In this document: in pieces, positions 31,570 through 43,173 of the stretch
Layout of the letters: each line of letters opens with the position of its first letter
Position numbering within the stretch: the stretch's first letter is position 1
Assembly: GCA_965221775.1 (NCBI GenBank)
Contig: CBDCSU010000005.1
Location: 864,001-928,000 of the forward strand
DNA: 64,000 nucleotides
Direction of reading: 5' to 3'
From: Candidatus Latescibacterota bacterium
GTDB taxonomy: Bacteria; Latescibacterota; UBA2968; UBA8231
Made by a program: the position numbers and the translations under genes
The notes under the pieces: model-generated
The model's database searches: none
Seen by the model: the letters and a program-made list of their open reading frames with translations, nothing else
What the model was told of the DNA's origin: nothing

Positions 31570-33063
31570 ATGCAACCCCCACCCACCCCGTTCCTCGACT
31601 GGTACGGCATCTGGCCGTCCCACAGAAAGCTCGAGGACGACGGCACCGTCTGGTCGCAGGACCCGCCCCGGGGCATCGACCTGGCGCCCGAGATGGCGCG
31701 CAAGTCCGAGGTCTTCTTCCACAAGGAGCGCCCCTGGGAGCAGGGAGCCAACCTGCAGATCAACACCATGCTCCACGAAGGCGGGCGCTACCGCCTCTGG
31801 TACGGAGCGCAGCGCCTCGACGACACGACCCGCGCCTACGTCTGCTACGCCGAGAGCGACGACGGCTTCGCCTGGCGGCGGCCGGACCTGGGACTGTGCG
31901 AGTTCGAGGGCTCCACCCGCAACAACATCATCAGCGAGGACCGCGATCATCCCCTCGGCTGCGTCTTCCTCGACCCCGCCGCCCCGGCGGCCGAGCGTTA
32001 CAAGGCCGTCGGCCCGGGGGCGCGCTACTTCCGCGGCGGCCGGCCCGACCCGGAGATGGACTCGGCGCGCTTCAAGGAACTGCTCGCCGCCCGCGACCTC
32101 GGCGACGTGTCGGCCGGCGAGAAGGCCCGGGGCATCGAGATCCGCCAGCAGCTGCTGGGCGCCACCTCTCCCGACGGCATCCACTGGACCAACCTCGGCG
32201 CCCCGGTCTTCGACGCCGGCGCCACCCAGCTCGACACCCACAACCTCTGCGCCTACGACCCCCACGAGGCGCGGTACGTGGCCTACCTGCGCGGCCACAT
32301 CGACCGCCGCCGCCTGGTGCGCCGCGTCTCGGGGGCGCGGTTCGAGTCCCTCGGCGAGCCTCGCCCCTGCCTCCTGCCCGACCCCCTGGACCCGATCGAC
32401 GACGACATCTACAACCCCTGCTACACACCGTACCCCGGCGCGCAGCCGCGCTACCTGATGTTCCCGTCGGTCTACCACCGCATCGCCTCCACCGTCGACG
32501 TGCAGCTCGCCGTCAGCCGCGACAGCCACCACTGGGTGCGGCCCTTCCGCCGGCCCATCATCGACCTCGCCAGCGAGGGGGGATCGTACGGCCAGCTCTA
32601 CGCCAGCCCGAACCTCGTCGCCCACGGCGGCCGCTGGCGGCTGCCCTTCAGGGGCTACCAGCGCCGCCACGACTTCCTCCGCCGCGGCGCCGTCTACCCG
32701 GAGGACGGGGAGTTCCGCTGGGCCTGCTGGGAGCCGGACCGCCTCGCGGGGATCGAGGCCGGCGGCGAGGGGCGGGTCACCCTCATCGAGCGGACCTGTG
32801 CCGGCGGCGAGCTGCGGCTCAACTATCGAACGGCCCCCGACGGCTGGATCAAGGCGGAGATCGTGCGGACCATACACACGCCTCCCCGCCCCGTGGAGGC
32901 CCACCCCGGCTTCTCGCTGGAGGAGGCCGATCCCCTCTCGGGGGACTCGATCTGCGAAGCGGCGCGCTGGCGGGGCCGGGCCGGTCTCGCGGCCCTGCGG
33001 GGCGAGAGCGTCGGCCTCCGGTTTCACCTCTACAAGGCCAAGCTGTTCTCGGTATCCATCTGA
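31570..33063 (+). CDS. Hypothetical beta-propeller protein (glycoside hydrolase / BNR-like)
   Basis: Repeated Asp-box-like S.DG..W motifs (AESDDGFAW, TSPDGIHW, VSRDSHHW) and a C-terminal beta-sandwich-like tail. Confidence 0.6.
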   Translation: MQPPPTPFLDWYGIWPSHRKLEDDGTVWSQDPPRGIDLAPEMARKSEVFFHKERPWEQGANLQINTMLHEGGRYRLWYGAQRLDDTTRAYVCYAESDDGFAWRRPDLGLCEFEGSTRNNIISEDRDHPLGCVFLDPAAPAAERYKAVGPGARYFRGGRPDPEMDSARFKELLAARDLGDVSAGEKARGIEIRQQLLGATSPDGIHWTNLGAPVFDAGATQLDTHNLCAYDPHEARYVAYLRGHIDRRRLVRRVSGARFESLGEPRPCLLPDPLDPIDDDIYNPCYTPYPGAQPRYLMFPSVYHRIASTVDVQLAVSRDSHHWVRPFRRPIIDLASEGGSYGQLYASPNLVAHGGRWRLPFRGYQRRHDFLRRGAVYPEDGEFRWACWEPDRLAGIEAGGEGRVTLIERTCAGGELRLNYRTAPDGWIKAEIVRTIHTPPRPVEAHPGFSLEEADPLSGDSICEAARWRGRAGLAALRGESVGLRFHLYKAKLFSVSI

Positions 33064-33085
33064 CTCCATCAAGGACGAGAAACCA

Positions 33086-33559
33086 ATGACTGTTCGCCGA
33101 CTGGCCGCCGCGGCCGTCGCGGCCATCGCCGCCGGCCTCATCTCGATCGCCGCCGCCCACGAGGACGACCACACGCCCGCCGAGCCCGGACCCACGGCCT
33201 TCACCGCCATGACGCCGATCCTCAACGTCAAGAGCGTCGAGGCGAGCATCGAGCACTACACCTCGGTCCTCGGGTTCCGCAAGGAGTGGGACTGGCCCGC
33301 CGAGGAGGAGGACAAGACCTTCGCCTCCCTGTCCAACGGCCGGGCGCGCATCTTCCTGGCCGAGAACAACCAGGGCGCCCGGCCCGTGTGGATCTACTAC
33401 GGCGTCGATGACGTGGACAGCCTGCACCAGCATTACCTGGGGGCTGGGGCCCGGATAACTCAAGAGCCCTTCGACCAGCCCTGGGCCCGGGAGATGCTGG
33501 TGGCGGACCTGGACGGCCATGTCCTGCGCATCGGCGGCCCGGTCGAAGGTCATCACTGA
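33086..33559 (+). CDS. VOC/glyoxalase/bleomycin-resistance family protein with signal peptide
   Basis: PILNVKSVEASIEHY...LGF, DDVD, PW.RE..V.DLDGH.LRIG. Preceded by a Sec signal (AAA-H). Confidence 0.8.
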   Translation: MTVRRLAAAAVAAIAAGLISIAAAHEDDHTPAEPGPTAFTAMTPILNVKSVEASIEHYTSVLGFRKEWDWPAEEEDKTFASLSNGRARIFLAENNQGARPVWIYYGVDDVDSLHQHYLGAGARITQEPFDQPWAREMLVADLDGHVLRIGGPVEGHH

Positions 33560-33605
33560 CCCGGGCGAGGCGGCTGGCCTGCCCGGTCAGCCCCGAGGAG
33601 GAGGC

Positions 33606-34802
33606 ATGACCAGGATCGTCGTCGGTTTCGAGGGAAGCTGTCCGCAGAGCGAGGAGGGCGTGCGGCAGGAGGGCGGCAACCGGTTCCGCGTCTTCCCCTC
33701 GTGGCGCCCGAGTCCGGGGATCAGCGAGGAGGCCGTCGGTCACAGCACCCGGCTGGGCCTGAGGCTGGTGAACGAGTCGCCCGGGGCGGAGAGCGCGGTG
33801 CTCTTGGTGGACTGGCAGTACGACGAGGCGCCGCCCGACATGCCCAGGGGCCTGAGCCGGGACCGGTTCATGTCCTACCGCGACTTCGTGGTCGTCCGCG
33901 AGCCGGGGCGTCAAACTTGGCGGACGGTGATGGGAGATGTGGAGGGCTCGGTGGCCGCCTTCGAGGTGAGTCTGCCGCCGGGCGAGACGGAGGTCCACTG
34001 GCATCCGCCCTACACCTATACGCAGAGCGAGGCCTTCGTCGACTCCCTTCGGGAAGATCCCCGGGTGCAGGTCGAGCAGATCGGCGAGAGCGAGGAGGGG
34101 CGCCGTCTGCCGTTGCTGCGGATCACGGATTCAGGGCAACGGGAGAAGAGGCGCATGCTGATCGTGTCGCGCTTCCACGCGTACGAGAGCGCCTCGAGCT
34201 ATGCCGTGGAGGGCATGATCGAGTGGCTTCTGGGCGAGGACCCGTGGGCGGTGGCGGCGCTGCGGGGGAACGTCTTCTTCATCGTCCCCATGGCCAATCC
34301 CGATGGGGTGGTCAACGGCCTGGGCCGCCTCACCGCCCCCCGGGGCGCGGACCTGATCATGTCGTCCACGGCGCCGGACAAGGCCCACCGGGCGCTCTGG
34401 GGAATGGTGGACCGCGTCAGACCCCAGTTCTTCGTCGACCTGCACAACTGGCAGAACAAGCACAGCGACGGACTCCTGGGGCTGGAGCCGCTGCTGCGGG
34501 AGCGGTTCCTGAAGTTCATGCCGGACCAGGTGGAGTTCGGCAAGCAGTGGCACATCCGGGAGCCGCGGCCTGTGAGCCCCGGCCGGCCCGAGCGCGAGCT
34601 GATGGGTGGATACTGCCGCCGCGAGTTCGGCGCCGGGGGCGTGGCCTTCGAGTTCCCCTGGTTCGGCCGAACGCCGGATGACACTCGCGTAACCGGCCTC
34701 CGCGCGATCCGGGCCCTGCTCCGGGCCCTCGACGAGCCTTCCCCGGGCGTCTGGCTCTACGATCCGCCCGAGAAGGGATTCACCCTGAGCCCCTGCTGGT
34801 AG
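33606..34802 (+). CDS. M14 zinc carboxypeptidase (cytosolic carboxypeptidase-like)
   Basis: RFHAYE (HxxE), PMANPDGV, VDLHN, PYTY motif. GGAGG RBS. Confidence 0.8.
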   Translation: MTRIVVGFEGSCPQSEEGVRQEGGNRFRVFPSWRPSPGISEEAVGHSTRLGLRLVNESPGAESAVLLVDWQYDEAPPDMPRGLSRDRFMSYRDFVVVREPGRQTWRTVMGDVEGSVAAFEVSLPPGETEVHWHPPYTYTQSEAFVDSLREDPRVQVEQIGESEEGRRLPLLRITDSGQREKRRMLIVSRFHAYESASSYAVEGMIEWLLGEDPWAVAALRGNVFFIVPMANPDGVVNGLGRLTAPRGADLIMSSTAPDKAHRALWGMVDRVRPQFFVDLHNWQNKHSDGLLGLEPLLRERFLKFMPDQVEFGKQWHIREPRPVSPGRPERELMGGYCRREFGAGGVAFEFPWFGRTPDDTRVTGLRAIRALLRALDEPSPGVWLYDPPEKGFTLSPCW

Positions 34803-34857
34803 GCGGCATCGCCCTGGTCCATGAGCCGCGAGCACGCGCCGACTCCGCGCGCCGGCG

Positions 34858-35631
34858 CTATACCAGCTCCGAGACCGGCTGCGACTTCTCCCAGCGCAGG
34901 GCGACCTCCTGGTCGATGCCGCAGAGCCAGTTCCAGGTGCGCATGCACCGCACCCGGTCGCGGTAGGACTCGACCTCGGTCACGTACGCCAGGCGCGGCC
35001 GGTCGCGGTAGGCGGGGATCTCCGGCGAATCGCAGAGCCAGTCCCGCCTTGGTTCGGCGGTGCGGTGGTAGGAGAACTTGATCATGCTGCGGGCGCGGTC
35101 GTTGGTCTTGGGGCCGGCCTTGTGCCAGATGCCGTAGCGGGTCATGGCCACGGTGCCGGCGGGAACGGTGAGCGAGACCTGGCCGCGGATGTCGCCGTAG
35201 TGGGCGATCGCCTCGCGGTCGACGGCGCGGCAGTGGGAGCCCGGCAGGACCATGGTCGGCCCGTCGTCGAGGGCGACGCTGTGAGGGTAGTAGTAGCACT
35301 GCAGCTCGAAGACATCGTAGCCGCTGCCCGAGAGGCCGTCGGAATGCCAGGTCTGGCCGAGGTGCGGATCCTTGAAGAAGTGGTGGTGGCCGCCCCGGGG
35401 CACGAGGAAGTCCTCCCCCAGAAGGGAGCGCGCCACTCCGGCCACCCGGGGATGGAGGAGCACCTGCCGGGTGAAGTCGTCCGAGGCGATGAAGGCGTCG
35501 CAGTTGCCGGGGGCGAGATCGTCGCAGCGGCGGTTGAAGCTCCCGTCGATGACGCCTTCGAGGACGACCACGCCGGAGGCGACGAAGTCCATGACGCCGT
35601 CGTCGTTCAGCGTCGGTTCAATCGAGGTCAT
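34858..35631 (-). CDS. Phytanoyl-CoA dioxygenase (PhyH) family Fe(II)/2-oxoglutarate dioxygenase
   Basis: WHSD (HxD), GPTMVLPGSH, distal IWH. Confidence 0.85.
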   Translation of the reverse strand: MTSIEPTLNDDGVMDFVASGVVVLEGVIDGSFNRRCDDLAPGNCDAFIASDDFTRQVLLHPRVAGVARSLLGEDFLVPRGGHHHFFKDPHLGQTWHSDGLSGSGYDVFELQCYYYPHSVALDDGPTMVLPGSHCRAVDREAIAHYGDIRGQVSLTVPAGTVAMTRYGIWHKAGPKTNDRARSMIKFSYHRTAEPRRDWLCDSPEIPAYRDRPRLAYVTEVESYRDRVRCMRTWNWLCGIDQEVALRWEKSQPVSELV

Positions 35632-35999
35632 CGTCTCTCCTGTACGGACTTTTCGAGAATGAACTCATAGCCGAGGTAGTCGTTGTCCTGACCCTCGTAC
35701 GCGTAGAGCTTTGCCATGGGGAACTGCACCACGCGCCAGCCGTCGGCCACGGCGGCGAGGACCGATTCATAGGGCGGCTCGTCGACGGGCAGGGTCGGCG
35801 CCTGGGGCTGCGTGGGATCGTACAGGGCCCAGCTGGCCAGTTGCGAACGCATGTTGGTCGACTTGGAGTAGAGATAGAGGATCTGCTGCCGGGGTTCGGC
35901 GAGCAGCTCGTCGAGACGGTCCAGGTCCTCGGCGGTGATCGCCTCGGTGCGGAGCTTGTCCCGGCACCGGGCCAGCCATTCTCTTGCAGCTTCGTGCAT
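35628..35999 (-). CDS. Hypothetical protein (123 aa), translationally coupled to PhyH
   Basis: MHEAAREW...RQQILYLY...PPYESVLAAVADGWRVVQFP...YEFILEK. Its stop overlaps the PhyH ATG. Confidence 0.65.
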   Translation of the reverse strand: MHEAAREWLARCRDKLRTEAITAEDLDRLDELLAEPRQQILYLYSKSTNMRSQLASWALYDPTQPQAPTLPVDEPPYESVLAAVADGWRVVQFPMAKLYAYEGQDNDYLGYEFILEKSVQERR

Positions 36000-36050
36000 G
36001 TCAGAAAGGAAACCGCCCGTGCTCGAGGCGGTCAACAGGAAGCGGGAGGC

Positions 36051-37172
36051 ATGGAGAACGTCAGGATCGAACGAATCGAATGGGCCCGCCTCACCGGCGA
36101 ACGGCCGCGGAAGGCCGGCTGCAACTCCCGCCTCGGCGAGCACGGACTCCGCGTCCGTCCCGCCATCGCCCGCCTGACCACGGCGGACGGCGCCAGCGGC
36201 TTCGGCGCTTCCTGGATCTCGCGCGAGGAAGCCGCGTCCATCGTCGGGGTTCGGCTCAGCGATGCCTTCACCGCCAGCGGCGTCGCCGAGGGGTTCGGAG
36301 CGCTGGAGTACCCCCTGTGGGATCTCGTGGGGCAACTGGCGCAGAGGCCGGTGTACGAGATGCTCTCCGGCGAGAAGGACGACTTCCGCGTTCCCTGCTA
36401 CGACACGTCCCTCTACATCGATGACCTGCACCTCGAGGAGAGTGCAGCAGCGGCGGCGCTCATCGCTTCCGAGGCCCTGGAGGGGAAGGCCCGGGGGCAC
36501 AAGGCCTTCAAGATCAAGGTGGGGCGCGGAGCCGTGCACATGCCCCTCGACTCGGGGACGCAGCGGGACATCGATGTCGTCCACGCCGTGCGCGATGCCG
36601 TCGGAGCGGAGGCCGCGATCCTGCTGGATGCGAACAACGGCTACAACCTCAACCTCACGAGGCGCGTGTTGGGCGCGACAGCGGATGCGAAGGTCTACTG
36701 GATGGAGGAGGCCTTCCACGAAGATGCCCGTCTCTACGGCCTGCTGAGAGAGTGGCTGAGCGCCGAAGGCCTGGAGACCCGCATCGCCGACGGCGAGGGC
36801 GATGCCTCGCCGAGCCTTCTCGGTTGGGCGAAAGAGGGTCTTGTCGACATCCTCCAGTACGACATCTTCCACCCCGGCTTCTCACGCTGGCTCGAACTCG
36901 GTCCCGAGCTGGATGCTTGCGGCGTCGGCACGGCGCCCCATCACTACGGCGGCCACTACGGGAACTACGTCTCGTGCCACTTGGCGGCAAAGGTGGAACG
37001 CTTCGAGTTCGTCGAGTGGGACCACGCCACAACCCCGGGCCTGGACGATTCCGGATACACCATCTCCGGCGGCCTCGTGAGTGTCCCGCCAAAGCCCGGA
37101 TTCGGTCTCGCCCTGGAGGAAGAGCCCTTCCGCAGAGCACTCGCCGAGAACGGATTCGAGGTTCGCCCGTGA
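36051..37172 (+). CDS. Mandelate racemase/muconate-lactonizing enzyme family protein
   Basis: FKIKVG (KxK), LDANN, WMEEAF, DGEG, APHH. GGAGG RBS. Confidence 0.85.
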   Translation: MENVRIERIEWARLTGERPRKAGCNSRLGEHGLRVRPAIARLTTADGASGFGASWISREEAASIVGVRLSDAFTASGVAEGFGALEYPLWDLVGQLAQRPVYEMLSGEKDDFRVPCYDTSLYIDDLHLEESAAAAALIASEALEGKARGHKAFKIKVGRGAVHMPLDSGTQRDIDVVHAVRDAVGAEAAILLDANNGYNLNLTRRVLGATADAKVYWMEEAFHEDARLYGLLREWLSAEGLETRIADGEGDASPSLLGWAKEGLVDILQYDIFHPGFSRWLELGPELDACGVGTAPHHYGGHYGNYVSCHLAAKVERFEFVEWDHATTPGLDDSGYTISGGLVSVPPKPGFGLALEEEPFRRALAENGFEVRP

Positions 37173-38542
37173 CCGCCGCAGGCACGAGGCCCGCGCACAA
37201 GTCCCGCCGCATCTGGTTCTGCCAGACGGAGTACGTGGCCCGGCATCCCGAGTCCCTGCAGAGACTCAAGGACGCCGTCGGTCTGACGACGATCATGCCC
37301 GAGAGCCCGGTCTGCCATACCTCGGGCTTCAGCCTCTCGGAGGAGCTGGCCCGGCGGGGGCCCTTCGAGGACTGGCGCCGGCGACTCGATGCCTGGCCCC
37401 GCGGCGCCGACGGCGTGTACCCGCCCGTGGCGGGGATCGTCAGCGGCTTCGACGATACACCCCTGCTGCGCCTCATCGAGGCCTGCAAGACCGCGGGGAT
37501 CGAGGTGTGGGGCCACATCGGCCTGTGGAGCTACGGCGGCGACGTCTATCCCGAGTTCGCCCTGCGCGACCTGGAGGGACGGCCGCTGGACCGCCGCTAC
37601 CAGCAGTGGGGCATCGGCCTGTGCCCGAGCCGCAAGGAGGTCAACGAGTGGACGCGGGACTGTCTGGTGGAGGCGGTGCAGCGCTACGCCGTGGACGGCT
37701 TCGACGTCGACCACGCCCGCTACCCGGCCCCGGCCAACGTGCACAGCCTGACGGCCTGCGGCTGCCCCGCCTGCCAGGACGAAGCCGCCCGCCTGGGCTA
37801 CGACTTCGCCGCCATGCGGGGCGGCGTCCTGGCCCTGCGCCGGCGCCTGGAGCGGTTGACCCCGGCCGACGTGCGGGCCCTGGCCTCGGGGCGTCCCGGC
37901 CTGCTGGATTCCCTCGGGATACTGGCCCAAGATGGATCCGTCCTCGACTGGGTGCGCTTTCGCGCCCACGTACTGGCCGAGCGCATGGCGGAGTTCCGCG
38001 CGGCGGTGCAGCAAGCCGGGGGACGAGACAAGCTCTTCGGCAGCGATGTCTTCCCGCCCTCCACGGCGCTTCTGGGCGGCCACTGGTACAACAAATGGGA
38101 AGAGGCGACGGATTTCCTCACCGGAGGCAGTTCCCACGGAGGTGTGGTAGGATGGGCGACGGGCGTCACCAACCTGGCGGGGGAGTGGACCGCGGCCCTG
38201 TGCCGGCACGGCCAGGGGCTGGCGGAGAGGCAGGTGTTGCCCCTGCTGTGGCGCAGGTTCGGCGTGGAGGACCTAGACCTGCCGGAGACCGCGGCAGCGG
38301 CGGCGGGAGGACCTCTGCCGATCGCCGCACTCTACGAGCGGGAAGTGGCCCGCCTGAAGGCGCAGACCAGCGGGGCGGTGCCGCTCTATCCGCCCGTGTC
38401 AGCGGGAGCGGCGCCTGAACTGGTGCGGGCGCTGGGAGCGGCGGTGGCCGGGCACGGGTGCGACGGGTGCCTGTTTACGGTGAACGCCGAAGACGCGGGG
38501 CAGGTGCGGGTGCTGGGTGAGGCTCTGGCTGGAGTGGGATGA
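37169..38542 (+). CDS. Hypothetical TIM-barrel protein (GHL10/DUF187-like)
   Basis: LCPS...V.E, YAVDGFDVDHARYP, CGCPAC motif. GTGA coupling. Confidence 0.55.
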   Translation: MTAAGTRPAHKSRRIWFCQTEYVARHPESLQRLKDAVGLTTIMPESPVCHTSGFSLSEELARRGPFEDWRRRLDAWPRGADGVYPPVAGIVSGFDDTPLLRLIEACKTAGIEVWGHIGLWSYGGDVYPEFALRDLEGRPLDRRYQQWGIGLCPSRKEVNEWTRDCLVEAVQRYAVDGFDVDHARYPAPANVHSLTACGCPACQDEAARLGYDFAAMRGGVLALRRRLERLTPADVRALASGRPGLLDSLGILAQDGSVLDWVRFRAHVLAERMAEFRAAVQQAGGRDKLFGSDVFPPSTALLGGHWYNKWEEATDFLTGGSSHGGVVGWATGVTNLAGEWTAALCRHGQGLAERQVLPLLWRRFGVEDLDLPETAAAAAGGPLPIAALYEREVARLKAQTSGAVPLYPPVSAGAAPELVRALGAAVAGHGCDGCLFTVNAEDAGQVRVLGEALAGVG

Positions 38543-38644
38543 ACCTCAGTGACACAGTTCTGAAGGATTTCTCTCATTCACTAACTTTCGAAGACCTTCT
38601 GAAAAAGCTACATACATTGTGGGTCACCGGCGCCCGATGGCGGG

Positions 38645-41633
<2,989 letters not shown>

Positions 41634-41653
41634 AGCCGGGATCGCCCCCCGGA

Positions 41654-41688
41654 CCGCCTCAGGCCGCGAGCCCCGCGTCTGAGGGCGG
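41654..41688. terminator. Hairpin downstream of ligA
   Basis: Imperfect inverted repeat CCGCCTCAG...CTGAGGGCGG between convergent genes. Confidence 0.3.
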
Positions 41689-41838
41689 AGGCTCAGAGCT
41701 CAGCGTCGCTCGGACCCCCGAAAACTCTCAGCGCCCTGATCCGCCGAAAGCACCAGCAGATTCCCGGCGAACCAGGCAGCCCACACTAGGACGGCCGCCA
41801 GGTGCAGACGGAACGGATCTCGCGCCCGGCGGGTCCCC

Positions 41839-43173
41839 TCAGGGCCCGTCCGCCGCCAGCTGCGCCACCAGGTCGAAGGTGACGTCCACGGCGAAGCCCA
41901 CGTTCGCCACCGAGACGCGCTCGTCGTGGCCGTGGCACAACTCGAAGAAGTCGCAGCCGGGCTCGTGGCGCATGGGCACGAAGCCGTATACGGTGATGTC
42001 GAGGTCGGTGAGGAAGCGGGCGTCGGTGCCGCCGGTCTGCATGTACGGCGCCAGCACGGCCCCGGGCTCGTGGCGCGCCAGGGCCGCCTCCATGGCCGCG
42101 AGCAGCGGCGACCCGTGGTCGAAGGCCACACCCGGCCGGAACCTCTCCATCTCCAGGTCCACCCCCTCCCCCACCAGGGCCCGCACCTCGGCGGTGAACT
42201 CCTCCTCCGTCACCCCCGGCAGGGGCCGCCCGCTGAGACGCACGGCCGCCTCCGAAGGGATGACGTTGCGCTTCATCCCGGCCTCAAGCAGGGTCGGGGC
42301 GCAGGTGTTGCGCAGCATGGCGTCGAACATGCCGCGAACGGGCGGCTCCACGGGCAGCGCCTCCAGGGCCTGCTCGGCACGCGCCGGGTCGAGCAGATCG
42401 AGCAACAGCCGGCCGACCTCGGGCCGCGCGGCCCTTGCAGCCGCCTCGAAGAAGGCGGCCACCGCCGGCGTGACCCGGTGCGGCAGCTTGCCGCCGAGCC
42501 GCATCTGCGCGGCGCCGAGGTGCACGATGGGGTTGTCGTCGTGGGGCACGGAGCTGTGGCCCGGCCGCCCGCGGGCGATGAGGTCGACGTCGGCGCCGCC
42601 CTTCTCGGCCACCTGGCAGGTGTAGATCGGCTGGCCGTCGACGAGGACGGCGAAGCCGCCGGCCTCGTTGATTCCGTACTCGGCGTCCAGCCACTCCGGG
42701 CGGTTGCCGGCGATCCAGCCCATCCCGTTCACGCCCCCGCGCTCCTCGTCGGCGGCGGCGATCACCACCAAGTCGCGCTTCAGGGGCAGCTTCTTGCGGT
42801 GGCACATGAGCAGCGCCTGCAGGTGCACGGCGGCGGTCAGCTTGGAGTCGATGGCGCCGCGGCCGTAGAGCACGCCGCCGGCGATCTCTCCGGCGAAGGG
42901 CGGGTGGCTCCAGCGCTCCGGCTCGACGGGCACCACGTCGAGGTGGGACATCATCAGCAGGGGGCGCTCGGACCCGTCCCCGCGCAGGCGCACGGCGAGG
43001 CTGGCGCGCTGCTCGCCGGCCTCCAGGACCTCGGGCTCGAGCCCCTCGGCGGCCAGCTCCGCGGCCAGGTGGCGCACCAGGGGCAACTCGTCCCCGGGCG
43101 GGTTGGTGGTGTCGAAGCGCAGCATCTCCTGCAGGCGGGCGACGGCCTCGGCGCCGGGCGTGAGGGCGGTCAT
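41839..43173 (-). CDS. M20/M25/M40 family metallo-amidohydrolase
   Basis: SHLDVVP, YGRGAIDSK, ADEERGG, INEAGG, GGTD, HGHDER. Confidence 0.88.
   Translation of the reverse strand: MTALTPGAEAVARLQEMLRFDTTNPPGDELPLVRHLAAELAAEGLEPEVLEAGEQRASLAVRLRGDGSERPLLMMSHLDVVPVEPERWSHPPFAGEIAGGVLYGRGAIDSKLTAAVHLQALLMCHRKKLPLKRDLVVIAAADEERGGVNGMGWIAGNRPEWLDAEYGINEAGGFAVLVDGQPIYTCQVAEKGGADVDLIARGRPGHSSVPHDDNPIVHLGAAQMRLGGKLPHRVTPAVAAFFEAAARAARPEVGRLLLDLLDPARAEQALEALPVEPPVRGMFDAMLRNTCAPTLLEAGMKRNVIPSEAAVRLSGRPLPGVTEEEFTAEVRALVGEGVDLEMERFRPGVAFDHGSPLLAAMEAALARHEPGAVLAPYMQTGGTDARFLTDLDITVYGFVPMRHEPGCDFFELCHGHDERVSVANVGFAVDVTFDLVAQLAADGP

Noticed and set aside
41700-41838. Intergenic stretch with AAACTCTCAG and CGCCGAAAG resembling glycine-riboswitch words, plus a short hydrophobic reading frame
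   Set aside because: The motifs are in the wrong order, lie between convergent 3' ends, and have no downstream gene to regulate. The frame has no credible start.
41634-41838. Switch from mostly + strand to mostly - strand genes as a replication origin near parAB
   Set aside because: The orientation is convergent rather than divergent, and no DnaA-box cluster, AT-rich unwinding element or dif-like site was recognised.
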